Positions 10,504-23,616 are shown, numbered from the stretch's first letter. The stretch is DNA of 64,000 nucleotides from an uncultured Gemella sp. (GCA_963532255.1 CAUSKO010000001.1:8502-72501); one strand, 5' to 3'. Notes: generated by a model from the letters alone, not told the origin. Numbers and translations are program-made.

Positions 10504-12555
10504 TTATTTTTTAAGTTCTTCTTTATAATCACAATTATTACAATAAACACCTTTTTTATTTTCAAAAAGAATACTATTGCATTTTGGACATTTTCTGTTT
10601 ATTGGTTTATCCCATGAAACAAAATCACATTTAGGAAATCCTTCACAACCATAAAATACTTTACCTTTTTTAGATTTTTTCTCTAAAACATCATGATTAT
10701 GGCATTTTGGACAAGTTACTCCAACTTTTTTCTGTATAGTATTAGTGTATCTACAGTCTGGGAAATTTGAACACGCAATAAACTTACCAAATTTTCCTAA
10801 TTTGTAAACTAATGCAGATCCACATTCAGGGCAATCGTCTCCTGTTAACTCTTGTTTAATTTCAACTTTTTCCATTTCAGACTCGGCTTTTTGGACATCT
10901 TTTTTAAAGTTTGAATAAAAATCAAAAATTGTTTTTTCCCACTCTGCCTTACCTTCTGCTATATCATCAAGTTGATTTTCTAGATTAGCTGTGAATTTTG
11001 TATTTATTACATCAGGAAAATATTCTTCTGTTATCTTACTAACTAATGTGCCTAATTCTGTAGGCGTAAAAACTTTATTTTGAAGTTTAGCGTAATATCT
11101 CTTCTGAAGCGTATCAACTATTGTAGCATAAGTTGACGGTCGTCCTATTCCTAATTCTTCTAATTCAGCAATTAATTTTGCTTCAGAATACCTAGCAGGC
11201 GGTTGCGTAAAGTGTTGCTCTTCTTCAATACTTTTCACTTTTGCATCTTCTCCTACTTCAAACTCTGGAACAGATTTTACCTTTTCTTTTTCTTTCAATA
11301 TAGCTAAAAAACCATTAAATAAAAGTTTAGATTCTGAGCCCCTATAAACAACCTTATTATTTTCAAAAGTAGTTGAAATAGTTTCATATACAGCTGGACT
11401 CATTCTACTAGCTACAAATCTCTCCCAAATAAGTTTATAAAGCTTGTATTGATCGTTTGATAAATACTCTTTTATACTATCTGGTGTAAATTCAACATTT
11501 GTAGGGCGAATCCCTTCATGTGCATCTTGAATATTTTTATTTGATTTTTTAGATTTAGTTGAAGTCGCTAAATAATCATTCCCAAAATTTTTGGTAATAT
11601 ATTCTTTAGCCATATTCATCGCTTCATCCGATACTCTAGTTGAGTCAGTTCTCATATATGTTATAAGTCCTGTAACTCCCCCTAGCTTTTTCAAATTAAT
11701 TCCTTCATATAATTCTTGAGCAACACTCATAGTTTTACGAGTTTTAAAGTTAATTTTTCTCGAAGCATCTTGTTGCATAGTTGATGTTATATAGACATTA
11801 GGTGCATTTCTATTTTTCTTAGACTTTACTACATCAATTACTTTAAATGTATCACCTTTGATTGCTTTTTTTATCTTGTCAACATCTTTTTTACTTTCTA
11901 GTTTAATTTTTTCACCTTTATATGAATAAAAGTTTGCAGTCAATACTTTTCTATTTTTAATAAAGCCAATCGGTAAAGTCCAATATTCTTGAGGTACAAA
12001 GTTTTGTATCTCTTCTTCTCTATCAACAATTAATTTTAAAGCTGCATTTTGAACACGACCTGCTGATAATTTTGGTTTTACCTTTTTCCACAAAACAGGT
12101 GAAATATTGTATCCAACTAAACGGTCCAATATTCTTCTTGCTTGTTGAGATTGAACTAAATCAGTGTTTATCTTTCTTGGATGTTTAATTGCATCTTTTA
12201 CCGCGTCTTTTGTAATCTCATTGAAGACTATGCGATTATCTTCTTCATTATTTAAACCTAAAATATGTGCAATATGCCAAGCTATTGCTTCTCCTTCTCT
12301 ATCAGGGTCGGAAGCAAGAAAAACTTTCTTTCCTTTTGCTTCTTTTTTTAAATTTTTTATAACATCCCCTTTACCACGAATAGAAATATAATCTACTCCT
12401 ATACTACCACTATCTTGTACTTCTACTCCCATTCTGCTTTTTGGAAGGTCTCTTACATGACCTTTTGAAGATATTACCTTATATTTTTTCCCTAAATATT
12501 TTTCAATTGTTTTTGCCTTTGAAGGAGATTCGACTATTACTAAATTTTCTGCCAT
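10504..12555 (-). CDS. topA: DNA topoisomerase I
   Basis: LVIVESPSKAKTI, DPDREGE, ITYMRTDS, C-terminal Zn ribbons. Confidence 0.97.
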   Translation of the reverse strand: MAENLVIVESPSKAKTIEKYLGKKYKVISSKGHVRDLPKSRMGVEVQDSGSIGVDYISIRGKGDVIKNLKKEAKGKKVFLASDPDREGEAIAWHIAHILGLNNEEDNRIVFNEITKDAVKDAIKHPRKINTDLVQSQQARRILDRLVGYNISPVLWKKVKPKLSAGRVQNAALKLIVDREEEIQNFVPQEYWTLPIGFIKNRKVLTANFYSYKGEKIKLESKKDVDKIKKAIKGDTFKVIDVVKSKKNRNAPNVYITSTMQQDASRKINFKTRKTMSVAQELYEGINLKKLGGVTGLITYMRTDSTRVSDEAMNMAKEYITKNFGNDYLATSTKSKKSNKNIQDAHEGIRPTNVEFTPDSIKEYLSNDQYKLYKLIWERFVASRMSPAVYETISTTFENNKVVYRGSESKLLFNGFLAILKEKEKVKSVPEFEVGEDAKVKSIEEEQHFTQPPARYSEAKLIAELEELGIGRPSTYATIVDTLQKRYYAKLQNKVFTPTELGTLVSKITEEYFPDVINTKFTANLENQLDDIAEGKAEWEKTIFDFYSNFKKDVQKAESEMEKVEIKQELTGDDCPECGSALVYKLGKFGKFIACSNFPDCRYTNTIQKKVGVTCPKCHNHDVLEKKSKKGKVFYGCEGFPKCDFVSWDKPINRKCPKCNSILFENKKGVYCNNCDYKEELKK

Positions 12556-12635
12556 TTGTATCTCTCCATTATATCTTTTTAATTAGTAGTATCTTAAAAC
12601 ATTTTTTCTAACTTGTCAACTTATTAAAGAAATTA

Positions 12636-13397
12636 TTAATCTATTTTAGTTAGAATTAAAGGTTCTTGATTTTCTCGAACAACAATAGTATGTTCATATT
12701 GAGCAATATAAGAACCATCCTTTGCTACTAATTCCCAATCATCTCTATCTGTATTTGTAACTATTTTAGCTTTAGTTGATACAAATGGTTCAACAGCTAA
12801 GCACATACCATCTTTTAATATTAAATTATCCCATGGATCAAAATAATTAAATACATGTTGTGGTTCTTGGTGTAAAGAAGTTCCAATTCCATGACCTGTT
12901 AGATTTTCAATAACTTCTAATTTATGTTCTTTTATTTTCTTATGAATATTTTTACCAATCTGATTTATTTTTCTACCCGCTACTGCATGTTTAATTCCTT
13001 CATAAAAAGCTTCTTCAGCTACTTCACATACTTTTTCTTTCATACTATCATCTACTTTACCTACTACAAACGAAACTCCAGTATCTGCATAATAGCCATC
13101 TTTGCAACCTGAAACATCAATATTAATTAAGTCTCCATCTTTTAATATTTTTGTACTTGATGGAATTCCATGAGCCGCTTGATAGTTTAATGATATACAA
13201 GTATATCCTGGAAAATCATATTCAGTAATCGGAGCTGATTTGGCACCATACTTTTCAAATAGTTCCTTGGCAATATTATCTAACTCTTTTGTTGACACCC
13301 CAGGTACAGCTTTCTTTTTCATTTCATCTCTAATAGTTGCACAAATGAAACCTATTTCTTTCATTTTTTCTAATTGTTCTTCGGTTTTTATAATCAT
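12636..13397 (-). CDS. map: Methionine aminopeptidase
   Basis: HGIP, DLINIDV, GHGIG, EPF, AQYEHTI. Confidence 0.95.
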   Translation of the reverse strand: MIIKTEEQLEKMKEIGFICATIRDEMKKKAVPGVSTKELDNIAKELFEKYGAKSAPITEYDFPGYTCISLNYQAAHGIPSSTKILKDGDLINIDVSGCKDGYYADTGVSFVVGKVDDSMKEKVCEVAEEAFYEGIKHAVAGRKINQIGKNIHKKIKEHKLEVIENLTGHGIGTSLHQEPQHVFNYFDPWDNLILKDGMCLAVEPFVSTKAKIVTNTDRDDWELVAKDGSYIAQYEHTIVVRENQEPLILTKID

Positions 13398-13416
13398 TTT
13401 CTTCTCCTATTTCAAT

Positions 13417-14184
13417 TTAATCTATTAATTTTGATAAATCTTCTATTGTATATGTTGGTTGAATATTTTTTTCTTTTAACTGTTCTAACGTAGTAACACC
13501 TGTTTGAACATGAATTGTATCTATATTACTATTTATACCTGACATTATATCAGTATCATAATTATCTCCAACCATAACTATATCATTTTTATTATAATTA
13601 AACAAACTCATAGCACTTTCCATAATTATACTATTTGGCTTTCCTATTACTGTTGCAACAGTACTTGTTGCATGTTCTAAGTATTTTATCTGACCACCAT
13701 TACTTGGTATAAAACCTTCTGAAGTAGGAAGTAAAGTATCTGGATTTGTTCCTATTAATTCTGCACCATTTAGTACAGCTCTTGTAGCTTTAGTCAGTTT
13801 TTTGTAAGTTAGTTCTCTATCTAACCCTATAATAACTGCTTCTACACTTTCTATATCTTCAGGTTGATTAAAAGAACTTAACGTTTCTCTTAAACCTTTT
13901 TCTCCTATTATAAATATATCATTATATTCTTTTTTTATTATATATGCTTTAGTAGCTTCACTTGATGTGTAAACATGTTCTTCTGATGTTCTAATTCCTA
14001 AACTATCTAATTTTTTCACAACATCTTTAGCCTCTTTAGTAGAATTATTAGTTAAGAATAAATAATCTATCTTATTTGTATTCAGATAATCTACAAATTC
14101 CTTAGCATACTTTATACCTATTTCGCCATTATAGATAGTTCCATCTAAATCTATTAGGTATAATTTATATTTCTTTATATTCAT
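13417..14184 (-). CDS. HAD-IIA (NagD-like) hydrolase
   Basis: DLDGT, TNN, GKP, GDNYDTDI. Confidence 0.9.
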   Translation of the reverse strand: MNIKKYKLYLIDLDGTIYNGEIGIKYAKEFVDYLNTNKIDYLFLTNNSTKEAKDVVKKLDSLGIRTSEEHVYTSSEATKAYIIKKEYNDIFIIGEKGLRETLSSFNQPEDIESVEAVIIGLDRELTYKKLTKATRAVLNGAELIGTNPDTLLPTSEGFIPSNGGQIKYLEHATSTVATVIGKPNSIIMESAMSLFNYNKNDIVMVGDNYDTDIMSGINSNIDTIHVQTGVTTLEQLKEKNIQPTYTIEDLSKLID

Positions 14185-14278
14185 TATTTTTCTCCATTTA
14201 AGAATTGTCTTTATTACCCTATTTTACACCTTTTACAAAAAAAATAAAAGCATTATTTAGGAATTCCCACAATAATGC

Positions 14279-15055
14279 TTATATATATTCATTGAAAATT
14301 TTATCTAAAAATACTAGCCAATTATTCATATCAGAGAATAATTTCTTCTCGTGGAACCAAACAATCATAATTACAGATTGTAATGTAATGTACCACTTAA
14401 GTCTATTTCTATACTTTAGAGTAGGTTCTTGTCCGTAAATATCTAACCATGTTCCCCACATACTTTGCGGAACATATCTGTAAAGTATAAACGAAATGTC
14501 GATAGCAGGATCACCTAAAATAGCATGTTCCCAATCTACTAAAAATAATCTATCCTTATCTGATAATAACCAATTATCTTTATGCAAGTCAGTATGACAT
14601 GGAGTATACTCAATATTATCATCCGGTATATTATTTTCTAAATAATTTATAGCATGAACTATATTTTTATTTTTTCTTAATTCATCATTTATAAGTGATT
14701 TTAAATTTGCTAATGACCTATGTGCAGTTTCTTCTTGATAACCTTGGGCCTGCATTATTCTCTTTAGTTTTGTTGATCCATGAACTTTCTTTAAAATCTG
14801 AGGTATACGAGGATCAATCATATCTTTTGTATCTAAAGTTCTACCATTTTCGAAATCTTGAGCAATAAGAACATCTCCGTTACTCATTCTTCTAGTCCAT
14901 CTAAGAGTTGGTACAATACCTTCAGCAGAAAGTGTTGCAATCATTGGAGTAGTATTCTTCTTTATAAAATATCGATGGTTGTCTCTAGAACAAAAATAAT
15001 CTTCTTCATAATTATCATCTAATGTCCAACCCATCTGATAATATTCCTTAGACAT
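14279..15055 (-). CDS. ccrZ: CcrZ/YtmP choline-kinase-fold protein
   Basis: GWTLD, LSAEGIVP, HTDLHKDNWLL, LVDWE. Confidence 0.8.
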   Translation of the reverse strand: MSKEYYQMGWTLDDNYEEDYFCSRDNHRYFIKKNTTPMIATLSAEGIVPTLRWTRRMSNGDVLIAQDFENGRTLDTKDMIDPRIPQILKKVHGSTKLKRIMQAQGYQEETAHRSLANLKSLINDELRKNKNIVHAINYLENNIPDDNIEYTPCHTDLHKDNWLLSDKDRLFLVDWEHAILGDPAIDISFILYRYVPQSMWGTWLDIYGQEPTLKYRNRLKWYITLQSVIMIVWFHEKKLFSDMNNWLVFLDKIFNEYI

Positions 15056-15164
15056 ATTAATACTTCTCCTTTCTTCATAAACTCTTTTACTAAACTATAA
15101 TGCACTATATATTTTACAATTTTTATTAATTTTTTTCAAGATGATTTTTTTATTGATAATTAAA

Positions 15165-15222
15165 ATTCTCAAAGATATTTTAATTATTTCGTCTTTTTTT
15201 AAATACAAATATCTTTGAGAAT
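15165..15222. terminator. 16-bp perfect inverted repeat, probable terminator after pepV
   Basis: ATTCTCAAAGATATTT (15165-15180) / AAATATCTTTGAGAAT (15207-15222). Confidence 0.6.
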
Positions 15223-15283
15223 CTTTTTTCACTTGTCTATATTTATTTTCTTTATTCTATTAAATAAATATTTTTATAAAATT

Positions 15284-16681
15284 TTATTCACAGCAAAGCT
15301 TATAGATACCTTCAGCGTAAATAGCTGTAGCTAATAGTAAATCTTCGATTTCTAAAAATTCATTAGCTTGGTGCATTGTATCTTGTTTTCCAGGGAATAA
15401 TAGTCCAAAAGCAACACCTTTTTTAAGACAACGTGCATATGTTCCTCCACCTAATACAAATGGATCATTTTTAGTATCCCCAGTATGTTTTCTATAAACA
15501 TCTACTAATGTAGTAACTAGCTCATCATCTTTAGGTACATAATGTGCTTCTTTAGTACTTGTTACAACAATATCCACATTATTTTCTTTTAATGTTTCTA
15601 ATTTTGTTACTAAGTCAAAATTTTTAGGATGTCTACAGTCAGTTTTAACTACCCCAACTTTTTCTACTGGGTCATATTTTAGAATACCATAATTATATGT
15701 TGAAGCTCCCATTTCTTCATCTGAATACTCAATACCAAGTATTTTACCAAATGGATCATTTGCTAATCTAGTAGCTATATATTCAACATAATTTTTACCA
15801 TTTGTATCTAAATTTAAAGTATTTAAAAATTCTGCTAATTTAGTACCAGCATTTATACCAAATTGAGGTGTTGATCCGTGTGCGGCTTTACCTTTCACTA
15901 CAAGTTTAATTTCTTCACTACAATTAATTTCCCCTTCTAATTTTTCATCTGAAAGGAATTTTTCGAATTTCTCTTTAATATCTTTCACTTCTCCACTAAG
16001 TTTTGCTTCAGCACTAGCTACTACCATGTTCATAACTTGCCCAGCATTAAGCTCAACTAATTTATAATCATAGCTTCCTTCTTCTTCTTTAAAAATAAGA
16101 TTATGATCAAATGTTACACGTGCTTTTTCTGCATAAACTAATGGGAACATTGCATCTGGAGTAAATCCTAATGCTGGTTGTTCTTCATGTTCAAAATATG
16201 ATTTAACACATCTAAATCCAGTTTCTTCATCACTACCAATTATAACCCTTACACGTTTATTCCATTTAACTCCTAATTTATCAAGAAGTTTAACAGCATA
16301 ATATGCAGCCATTGTTGGTCCTTTATCATCTAATGAACCTCGTGCATATATTTTACCATCTCTTACTTCTGGTTTAAATGGATGACTAATCCAGTCAGCT
16401 TCAACAACTGGTACTACATCAACATGTCCAAGAATACCAAATAATTCTTCTCCTTCTCCCACTTCAATATGACCTGCTTTGTTTTCAACTATTTTCGTTT
16501 TATAACCATCACGCTCTCCAAATGATAGCATTAAATCCAAAGCTTTTCTAGGTCCACTACCAAATGGCGTTTCCTCTGTTATATCAGTCCCTAAGACAGA
16601 ATTTACACTTAGTAAGTCAAATAAGTCTTTTAATAGGTCCTCTTTATGATTTTGAACTTCTTCTTTAAAATTGATATTCAT
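15284..16681 (-). CDS. pepV: Dipeptidase PepV (M20)
   Basis: GHVDVVP, ARGSLDDKGP, DEETG, GGGTYAR, HQANE. Confidence 0.92.
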   Translation of the reverse strand: MNINFKEEVQNHKEDLLKDLFDLLSVNSVLGTDITEETPFGSGPRKALDLMLSFGERDGYKTKIVENKAGHIEVGEGEELFGILGHVDVVPVVEADWISHPFKPEVRDGKIYARGSLDDKGPTMAAYYAVKLLDKLGVKWNKRVRVIIGSDEETGFRCVKSYFEHEEQPALGFTPDAMFPLVYAEKARVTFDHNLIFKEEEGSYDYKLVELNAGQVMNMVVASAEAKLSGEVKDIKEKFEKFLSDEKLEGEINCSEEIKLVVKGKAAHGSTPQFGINAGTKLAEFLNTLNLDTNGKNYVEYIATRLANDPFGKILGIEYSDEEMGASTYNYGILKYDPVEKVGVVKTDCRHPKNFDLVTKLETLKENNVDIVVTSTKEAHYVPKDDELVTTLVDVYRKHTGDTKNDPFVLGGGTYARCLKKGVAFGLLFPGKQDTMHQANEFLEIEDLLLATAIYAEGIYKLCCE

Positions 16682-16695
16682 AATATATCCCTCCA

Positions 16696-17403
16696 TTATT
16701 TTTTTAAATTTTTTAGTTCCGTATCTGTTAAATATCTATATTCCCCTAATTTTAACTTTTCATCTAAAACTAAGGTTCCTATAGATAATCTCTTTAAATA
16801 TGTTACATTAACGCCTAAGGCTTTCATCATTCTTTTTACTTGATGAAACTTTCCTTCAGTAATACTTATATATGCACTACTTTTATAGTCACTTACATCA
16901 AGTATTTCTAAAGTTGCACATTTAGTTTTGTATCCATCTTCAAGAACAATCCCATCCTTTATAGACTCCATATGCTCATCTTTTAATTTCCCATCAACTT
17001 CAACGTAATATTTCTTTATCACATCTTTTTTGGGGGATATTAGCTTATGAGCTAGATCTCCATCATTCGTTAATAACATAAGTCCTTCTGTATCCTTATC
17101 TAATCTTCCGACTGGAAAAGGATTAAATAAACGATCTTTTTCGTCTAATATATCAACTACAGTTGTTTCTTTTTTATCTTCAGTTGCCGAAATAATGTTA
17201 CCAGGTTTGTTCATCATTATATATACATATTTTTGATAAACAAGTTTTTCCCCATTTATAATTACCTCATCACTTACTTCATTAATTTGATAATCTGATT
17301 GTTTTACTAAAACATTGTTTACTAAAACACCTTTTTTAATAATTTTCTTTGTCTCTGCTCTACTAAATATAGTAATACTACTAATATATTTATCTAATCT
17401 CAC
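16696..17403 (-). CDS. RsuA-family pseudouridine synthase
   Basis: MRLDK S4 domain, GRLDKDTEGL, EGKFHQVKRM. Confidence 0.92.
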   Translation of the reverse strand: MRLDKYISSITIFSRAETKKIIKKGVLVNNVLVKQSDYQINEVSDEVIINGEKLVYQKYVYIMMNKPGNIISATEDKKETTVVDILDEKDRLFNPFPVGRLDKDTEGLMLLTNDGDLAHKLISPKKDVIKKYYVEVDGKLKDEHMESIKDGIVLEDGYKTKCATLEILDVSDYKSSAYISITEGKFHQVKRMMKALGVNVTYLKRLSIGTLVLDEKLKLGEYRYLTDTELKNLKK

Positions 17404-19037
17404 TATACTCTTCTCCCACGATTAATTAGTGATCTAATACTAATTTTTCTATTAAATAAATATTCAACAAATTTTAATTTATTTAAAACAAAGAAGTATA
17501 ATATACCACCAATAATAGCACATATAATTATTATAACCATACTTGAAATTTTTGATTCAATTACGAAATTTCCAATTATAGATTCATATACAGCTGCAAC
17601 TGCAATAAACATTATGAAGCAAGAACATGCTAGAATAAAGAATTTTTGAATAAATTCTACTATTCTCAGTTTAATTTCAAAGTTTATTACAACTAGGTTT
17701 ATTAAAATCATTGTTACATAAGTTGCTATAGATGAGAGTATAACACCGTTAGTTTCAAAGTTCATAACCAGAGGTGTTATAGTTACAAATTTAACTATAA
17801 GTCCTATTACTATTGTTATTAGATTTATCATTTGTCTATTTATTGCTTGCATTATAATACTTGTTAAACTATAAAAAGAATATAAAATCGCAAGTGGTAA
17901 ATAAAACCTTAATAAATCAGCATTCAACAAGCTTCTACTATAAAATGCTGAGTACAGTGGATCAGCTAGCACATACATACCTACTAATGCAGGTAAAACT
18001 ATCATCATCAAAGCAAGAATAACTTTATTTATTTGACTACTAACACTCTTCTTATCTCCTAAAGCATATAATCTTGTAATTGATGGTAAAAATGTACTTG
18101 AAAAAGCCGGTGCTATTGCTACAGCAATCATTACAACTTTATTAACTAATTGTAGTGCTGAGAATCTTCCATCAACTATATTAGCTTTACCAATTGCTGT
18201 CATTCCATGAATAAAATTATGTTGGTCAATAATATTTAATATTGGGAATAATCCAACTATAAATATAAATGGAATGGATACAGAAAAGAATTCTTTTACT
18301 AATTCTTTAGTTGGCTTATAAGTATTAGAAATATCTTGATTTCTATACTCTAATCCATGACTATATTTCTTATAAAAATATAATAAAGTTAATAGAGAAA
18401 AAGCAGCACCTACAGCAGCAGCAAAAGTTGCCGTGACGTTCCCTTCAACTACTCCATAGCCAAGAACTTTCATAACTATATAAGTTGCACCTAACATAAA
18501 TGCAATCCTCATAACTTGTTCTATAAATTGACTAAGTGCAGAAGGAAGCATAATCTCATGCGCCTGGAATAAACCTCTAAATCCAGCTGATACTAGTACT
18601 AAAGGTATCCCAAAACTTAAACTTTTTAACACTAGAGCACCATCAGATGGTAAGAATTTTTGTTGTTTACTTATTAATATTTGTTCTGAAATAAAATCAG
18701 AACCAAAAAATAGAACACAAAAACCTAGTATCCCCATAATAACAAGTAACCATGAACCTAATTTAACAATTCTTCTACTAACATCATACTGCTCAAGTGC
18801 ATTATACTTAGCAACTAATTTTGCAATGGCTAGTGGTGTCCCTGCAGCAGATATTTCTAAAATTGTCGCATAATAACTATAACCGTAATTAAAAAGTGCC
18901 ATCTGCTCCTCTCCACCTATTATTTGATAAAAAGGTATAAGGTAAACAGCACCTAATATCTTAGTTAGCAATAAGCTAATACTCAGTAGTGCAGTTCCTT
19001 TAAACAAGGAATCTTTCTTCAATTTTTTCACATCCAA
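17403..19037 (-). CDS. murJ: MurJ/YtgP-type MOP flippase
   Basis: Many TM segments, KILGAVYLIPF, SQFIEQ; next to the rsuA-like gene as in Bacilli; start uncertain. Confidence 0.75.
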   Translation of the reverse strand: MDVKKLKKDSLFKGTALLSISLLLTKILGAVYLIPFYQIIGGEEQMALFNYGYSYYATILEISAAGTPLAIAKLVAKYNALEQYDVSRRIVKLGSWLLVIMGILGFCVLFFGSDFISEQILISKQQKFLPSDGALVLKSLSFGIPLVLVSAGFRGLFQAHEIMLPSALSQFIEQVMRIAFMLGATYIVMKVLGYGVVEGNVTATFAAAVGAAFSLLTLLYFYKKYSHGLEYRNQDISNTYKPTKELVKEFFSVSIPFIFIVGLFPILNIIDQHNFIHGMTAIGKANIVDGRFSALQLVNKVVMIAVAIAPAFSSTFLPSITRLYALGDKKSVSSQINKVILALMMIVLPALVGMYVLADPLYSAFYSRSLLNADLLRFYLPLAILYSFYSLTSIIMQAINRQMINLITIVIGLIVKFVTITPLVMNFETNGVILSSIATYVTMILINLVVINFEIKLRIVEFIQKFFILACSCFIMFIAVAAVYESIIGNFVIESKISSMVIIIICAIIGGILYFFVLNKLKFVEYLFNRKISIRSLINRGRRV

Positions 19038-19065
19038 ACATTTTATTTAATTGTCATTATCTAAA

Positions 19066-19248
19066 CTATAAATACAATAGTTGATAACAAAATACTAAAG
19101 CAACGACTAAACTATATGCCGCTACTAATCTCAGAACTTTATCCATTCTTCGTTTCTTTATTTTATTAGTAGCCACGAGAACTATATATGAGCCTAATAA
19201 TAAAACAAAAGAAAGTATAAAAACCAAAATAGAGAATAATATTGCCAT
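19066..19248 (-). CDS. Small 2-TM hypothetical protein (60 aa)
   Basis: GAAAGGA RBS 8 nt before ATG; two hydrophobic stretches around a basic loop. Confidence 0.6.
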   Translation of the reverse strand: MAILFSILVFILSFVLLLGSYIVLVATNKIKKRRMDKVLRLVAAYSLVVALVFCYQLLYL

Positions 19249-19352
19249 TATACATATCCTTTCTTCAATATTATATACTATATATTTTAGCACGATTTTA
19301 CATTTTTTCAAACCCATTTATTTAAATAATTGATAATACTTTCATTTAATTA

Positions 19353-19369
19353 TGTTAGATTATCTAACA
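19353..19369. promoter_or_regulatory. GlnR operator
   Basis: TGTTAGATTATCTAACA matches TGTNA-N7-TNACA upstream of glnRA. Confidence 0.88.
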
Positions 19370-19466
19370 TTCACTTTATTTTGAATATTATTTATGTTAA
19401 TATATACATGTAAATGTGAGTTTATAAGTATAAAATTCACTAATTTTTCTAAAGAGAGGTGGTCAT

Positions 19467-19850
19467 ATGGGATTTAAGGAATTTCAAAAAAATCTTCCGG
19501 TTTTTTCAATAGGTGTAGTTACAAAAATTACACAACTTAGCGCTAGACAGATTAGATATTACGAAGAAAAAAAACTCTTTACTCCCAAACGTACCGAAGG
19601 TAATACAAGGCTTTTTTCTCTAAATGATATTGACAGTTTGTTAACTATAAAAGAATTGTTAACTAAAGGCTTCAACATAAAAGCTATAGATGAAATAATA
19701 AATGGTAAAGCAGTATCTGAAGAGACAACACAAATTAGACAAATAATTCACAATGATATTTTTGCTGGTCCTAATGGATTGCCTCGAGAACGCTCTATTG
19801 GACGTGGTGATTTATCACGATTTTATAATAATAAGAAAAAACAATTTTAA
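19467..19850 (+). CDS. glnR: Glutamine synthetase repressor (MerR family)
   Basis: LSARQIRYYEE, RLFSLND, C-terminal GDLSRF. Confidence 0.93.
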   Translation: MGFKEFQKNLPVFSIGVVTKITQLSARQIRYYEEKKLFTPKRTEGNTRLFSLNDIDSLLTIKELLTKGFNIKAIDEIINGKAVSEETTQIRQIIHNDIFAGPNGLPRERSIGRGDLSRFYNNKKKQF

Positions 19851-19883
19851 TGTGAAATTTTTATACATAATTAAGGAGATATA

Positions 19884-21221
19884 ATGGCTAAAAAAATTAC
19901 TAAAAAAGAAATTTTAAAAATAATTGAAGAAGAGAATGTTAAATATATTAGATTACAATTTACCGATATAACCGGTACAATAAAAAATGTTGAAGTACCG
20001 GTTAGTCAAATAGAAAAAGTACTAGATAATAAAATGATGTTCGATGGTTCATCTATCGAAGGATTTGTTCGTATTGAAGAAAGTGATATGTACTTATACC
20101 CAGATTTAAATACTTTTTTAGTATTCTCATGGGATAGTGAATATGGAAAAGTAGCAAGATTTATTTGTGATGTATACACAGTCGAAGGTAAACCTTTTGC
20201 AGGTGATCCTCGTGGTAATTTAAAAAGAATTTTAGCAAAAATGAATAACCTTGGATTCGACACACTTAATCTTGGACCAGAACCAGAATTTTTCTTATTT
20301 AGACTTAAAGAAAATGGAGAGCCAAGTTTAGACTTAAACGATAATGGAGGCTACTTTGATCTTGCCCCAGTAGATTTAGGTGAAAACGTTCGTAGAGACA
20401 TTGTTCTTGAACTAGAGCGTCTTGGTTTTGATATTGAAGCAAGCCACCATGAGGTAGCTCCTGGACAACACGAAATTGACTTTAAATATGATGATGTTAT
20501 AACAGCTTGTGATAATATTCAAACATTTAAATTGATTGTTAAAACAATTGCTAGAAAACACGGATTACATGCAACATTTATGCCTAAGCCTATGTTTGGT
20601 ATCAACGGTTCAGGAATGCACTGTAATGTTTCTTTATTCAGCAAAGGAGAAAATAGCTTCTACGACCCTAATACTGAAAATGGTTTATCAGAAGTAGCAT
20701 CTCAGTTTGTAGCTGGAATTTTAAAACATGCTCGTAGCTTTACAGCTGTTTGTAATCCTACAGTAAACTCTTATAAACGTTTAGTTCCCGGATATGAAGC
20801 ACCTTGCTATGTAGCTTGGTCAACTTCAAATCGTTCACCTCTTGTTCGTATACCTGCTCCACGAGGAAACTCAACACGTGTCGAGATTAGATCTGTAGAT
20901 CCAGCTGCAAATCCTTACTTAGCTATGTCTACTATCCTTGCTGCAGGTTTAAATGGTATTGAAAATAAACTTACTCCACCAGATGAAGTAAGCAGCAATA
21001 TTTATATTATGACTCGTGAGGAAAGATTAGCTAATGGAATCGATGAACTGCCATCAACACTTTACACAGCATTAAAAGAATTATCAACTTCTCCTATTAT
21101 GAAGGATGCTTTAGGACCTCATATTTTCTATAATTTTATTGAAGCAAAATCAATTGAGTGGGATTCATTTAGAACCCAAGTAACAGATTGGGAAGTTGAA
21201 CATTATTTAAAAAATTATTAA
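19884..21221 (+). CDS. glnA: Glutamine synthetase type I
   Basis: [34 protein letters not shown]. Confidence 0.97.
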   Translation: MAKKITKKEILKIIEEENVKYIRLQFTDITGTIKNVEVPVSQIEKVLDNKMMFDGSSIEGFVRIEESDMYLYPDLNTFLVFSWDSEYGKVARFICDVYTVEGKPFAGDPRGNLKRILAKMNNLGFDTLNLGPEPEFFLFRLKENGEPSLDLNDNGGYFDLAPVDLGENVRRDIVLELERLGFDIEASHHEVAPGQHEIDFKYDDVITACDNIQTFKLIVKTIARKHGLHATFMPKPMFGINGSGMHCNVSLFSKGENSFYDPNTENGLSEVASQFVAGILKHARSFTAVCNPTVNSYKRLVPGYEAPCYVAWSTSNRSPLVRIPAPRGNSTRVEIRSVDPAANPYLAMSTILAAGLNGIENKLTPPDEVSSNIYIMTREERLANGIDELPSTLYTALKELSTSPIMKDALGPHIFYNFIEAKSIEWDSFRTQVTDWEVEHYLKNY

Positions 21222-21305
21222 TATATTAAAAGAGGGATACGTTCCCTCTTTTTTCATATATTACAAAAAAAGATTACTAAATTAATAGTAATCTTTTTTC
21301 TTAAA

Positions 21306-21611
21306 TTAAAATTTTGATAGTAATTCTACTAGCACTTCTTTTGGTTGGTAACCTGTTTTCTCTTCAAGTACTTCCCCATTTTTCATAATTAATAATGTTG
21401 GAATTGACATTACTCCAAACTCACCAGCAGCTTCTTGATTTTCATCTACATTAATTTTATAAAATTCAATATTTGTTAACTCATTAGAAACTTCTTCTAA
21501 TACTGGTGCTAACATTTTACATGGTCCACACCAAGGAGCCCAAAAGTCAAATACTTTTACACTATCAGTTTTTGATAATTCAAAAAATTCTTTATCTGTG
21601 ATTTCTTTCAT
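21306..21611 (-). CDS. trxA: Thioredoxin
   Basis: WCGPC, SIPTL. Confidence 0.93.
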   Translation of the reverse strand: MKEITDKEFFELSKTDSVKVFDFWAPWCGPCKMLAPVLEEVSNELTNIEFYKINVDENQEAAGEFGVMSIPTLLIMKNGEVLEEKTGYQPKEVLVELLSKF

Positions 21612-21690
21612 TGTTTCCTATCTCCTTATATTTTATTAATTTCTATATTAAACTATTACAACTAATTATTCAAATATTTTGTCTTAAATA

Positions 21691-23579
<1,889 letters not shown>

Positions 23580-23616
23580 ATATTCACCTCATCAAATTAT
23601 TACATGTCTATTTATT

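Noticed and set aside
15165..15222. Long inverted repeats (here, 25250-25288, 49153-49198) as MITE or IS ends
   Set aside because: Each is unique in the window, sits at a gene 3' end with T tails, and has no target duplication or transposase; best explained as terminators.
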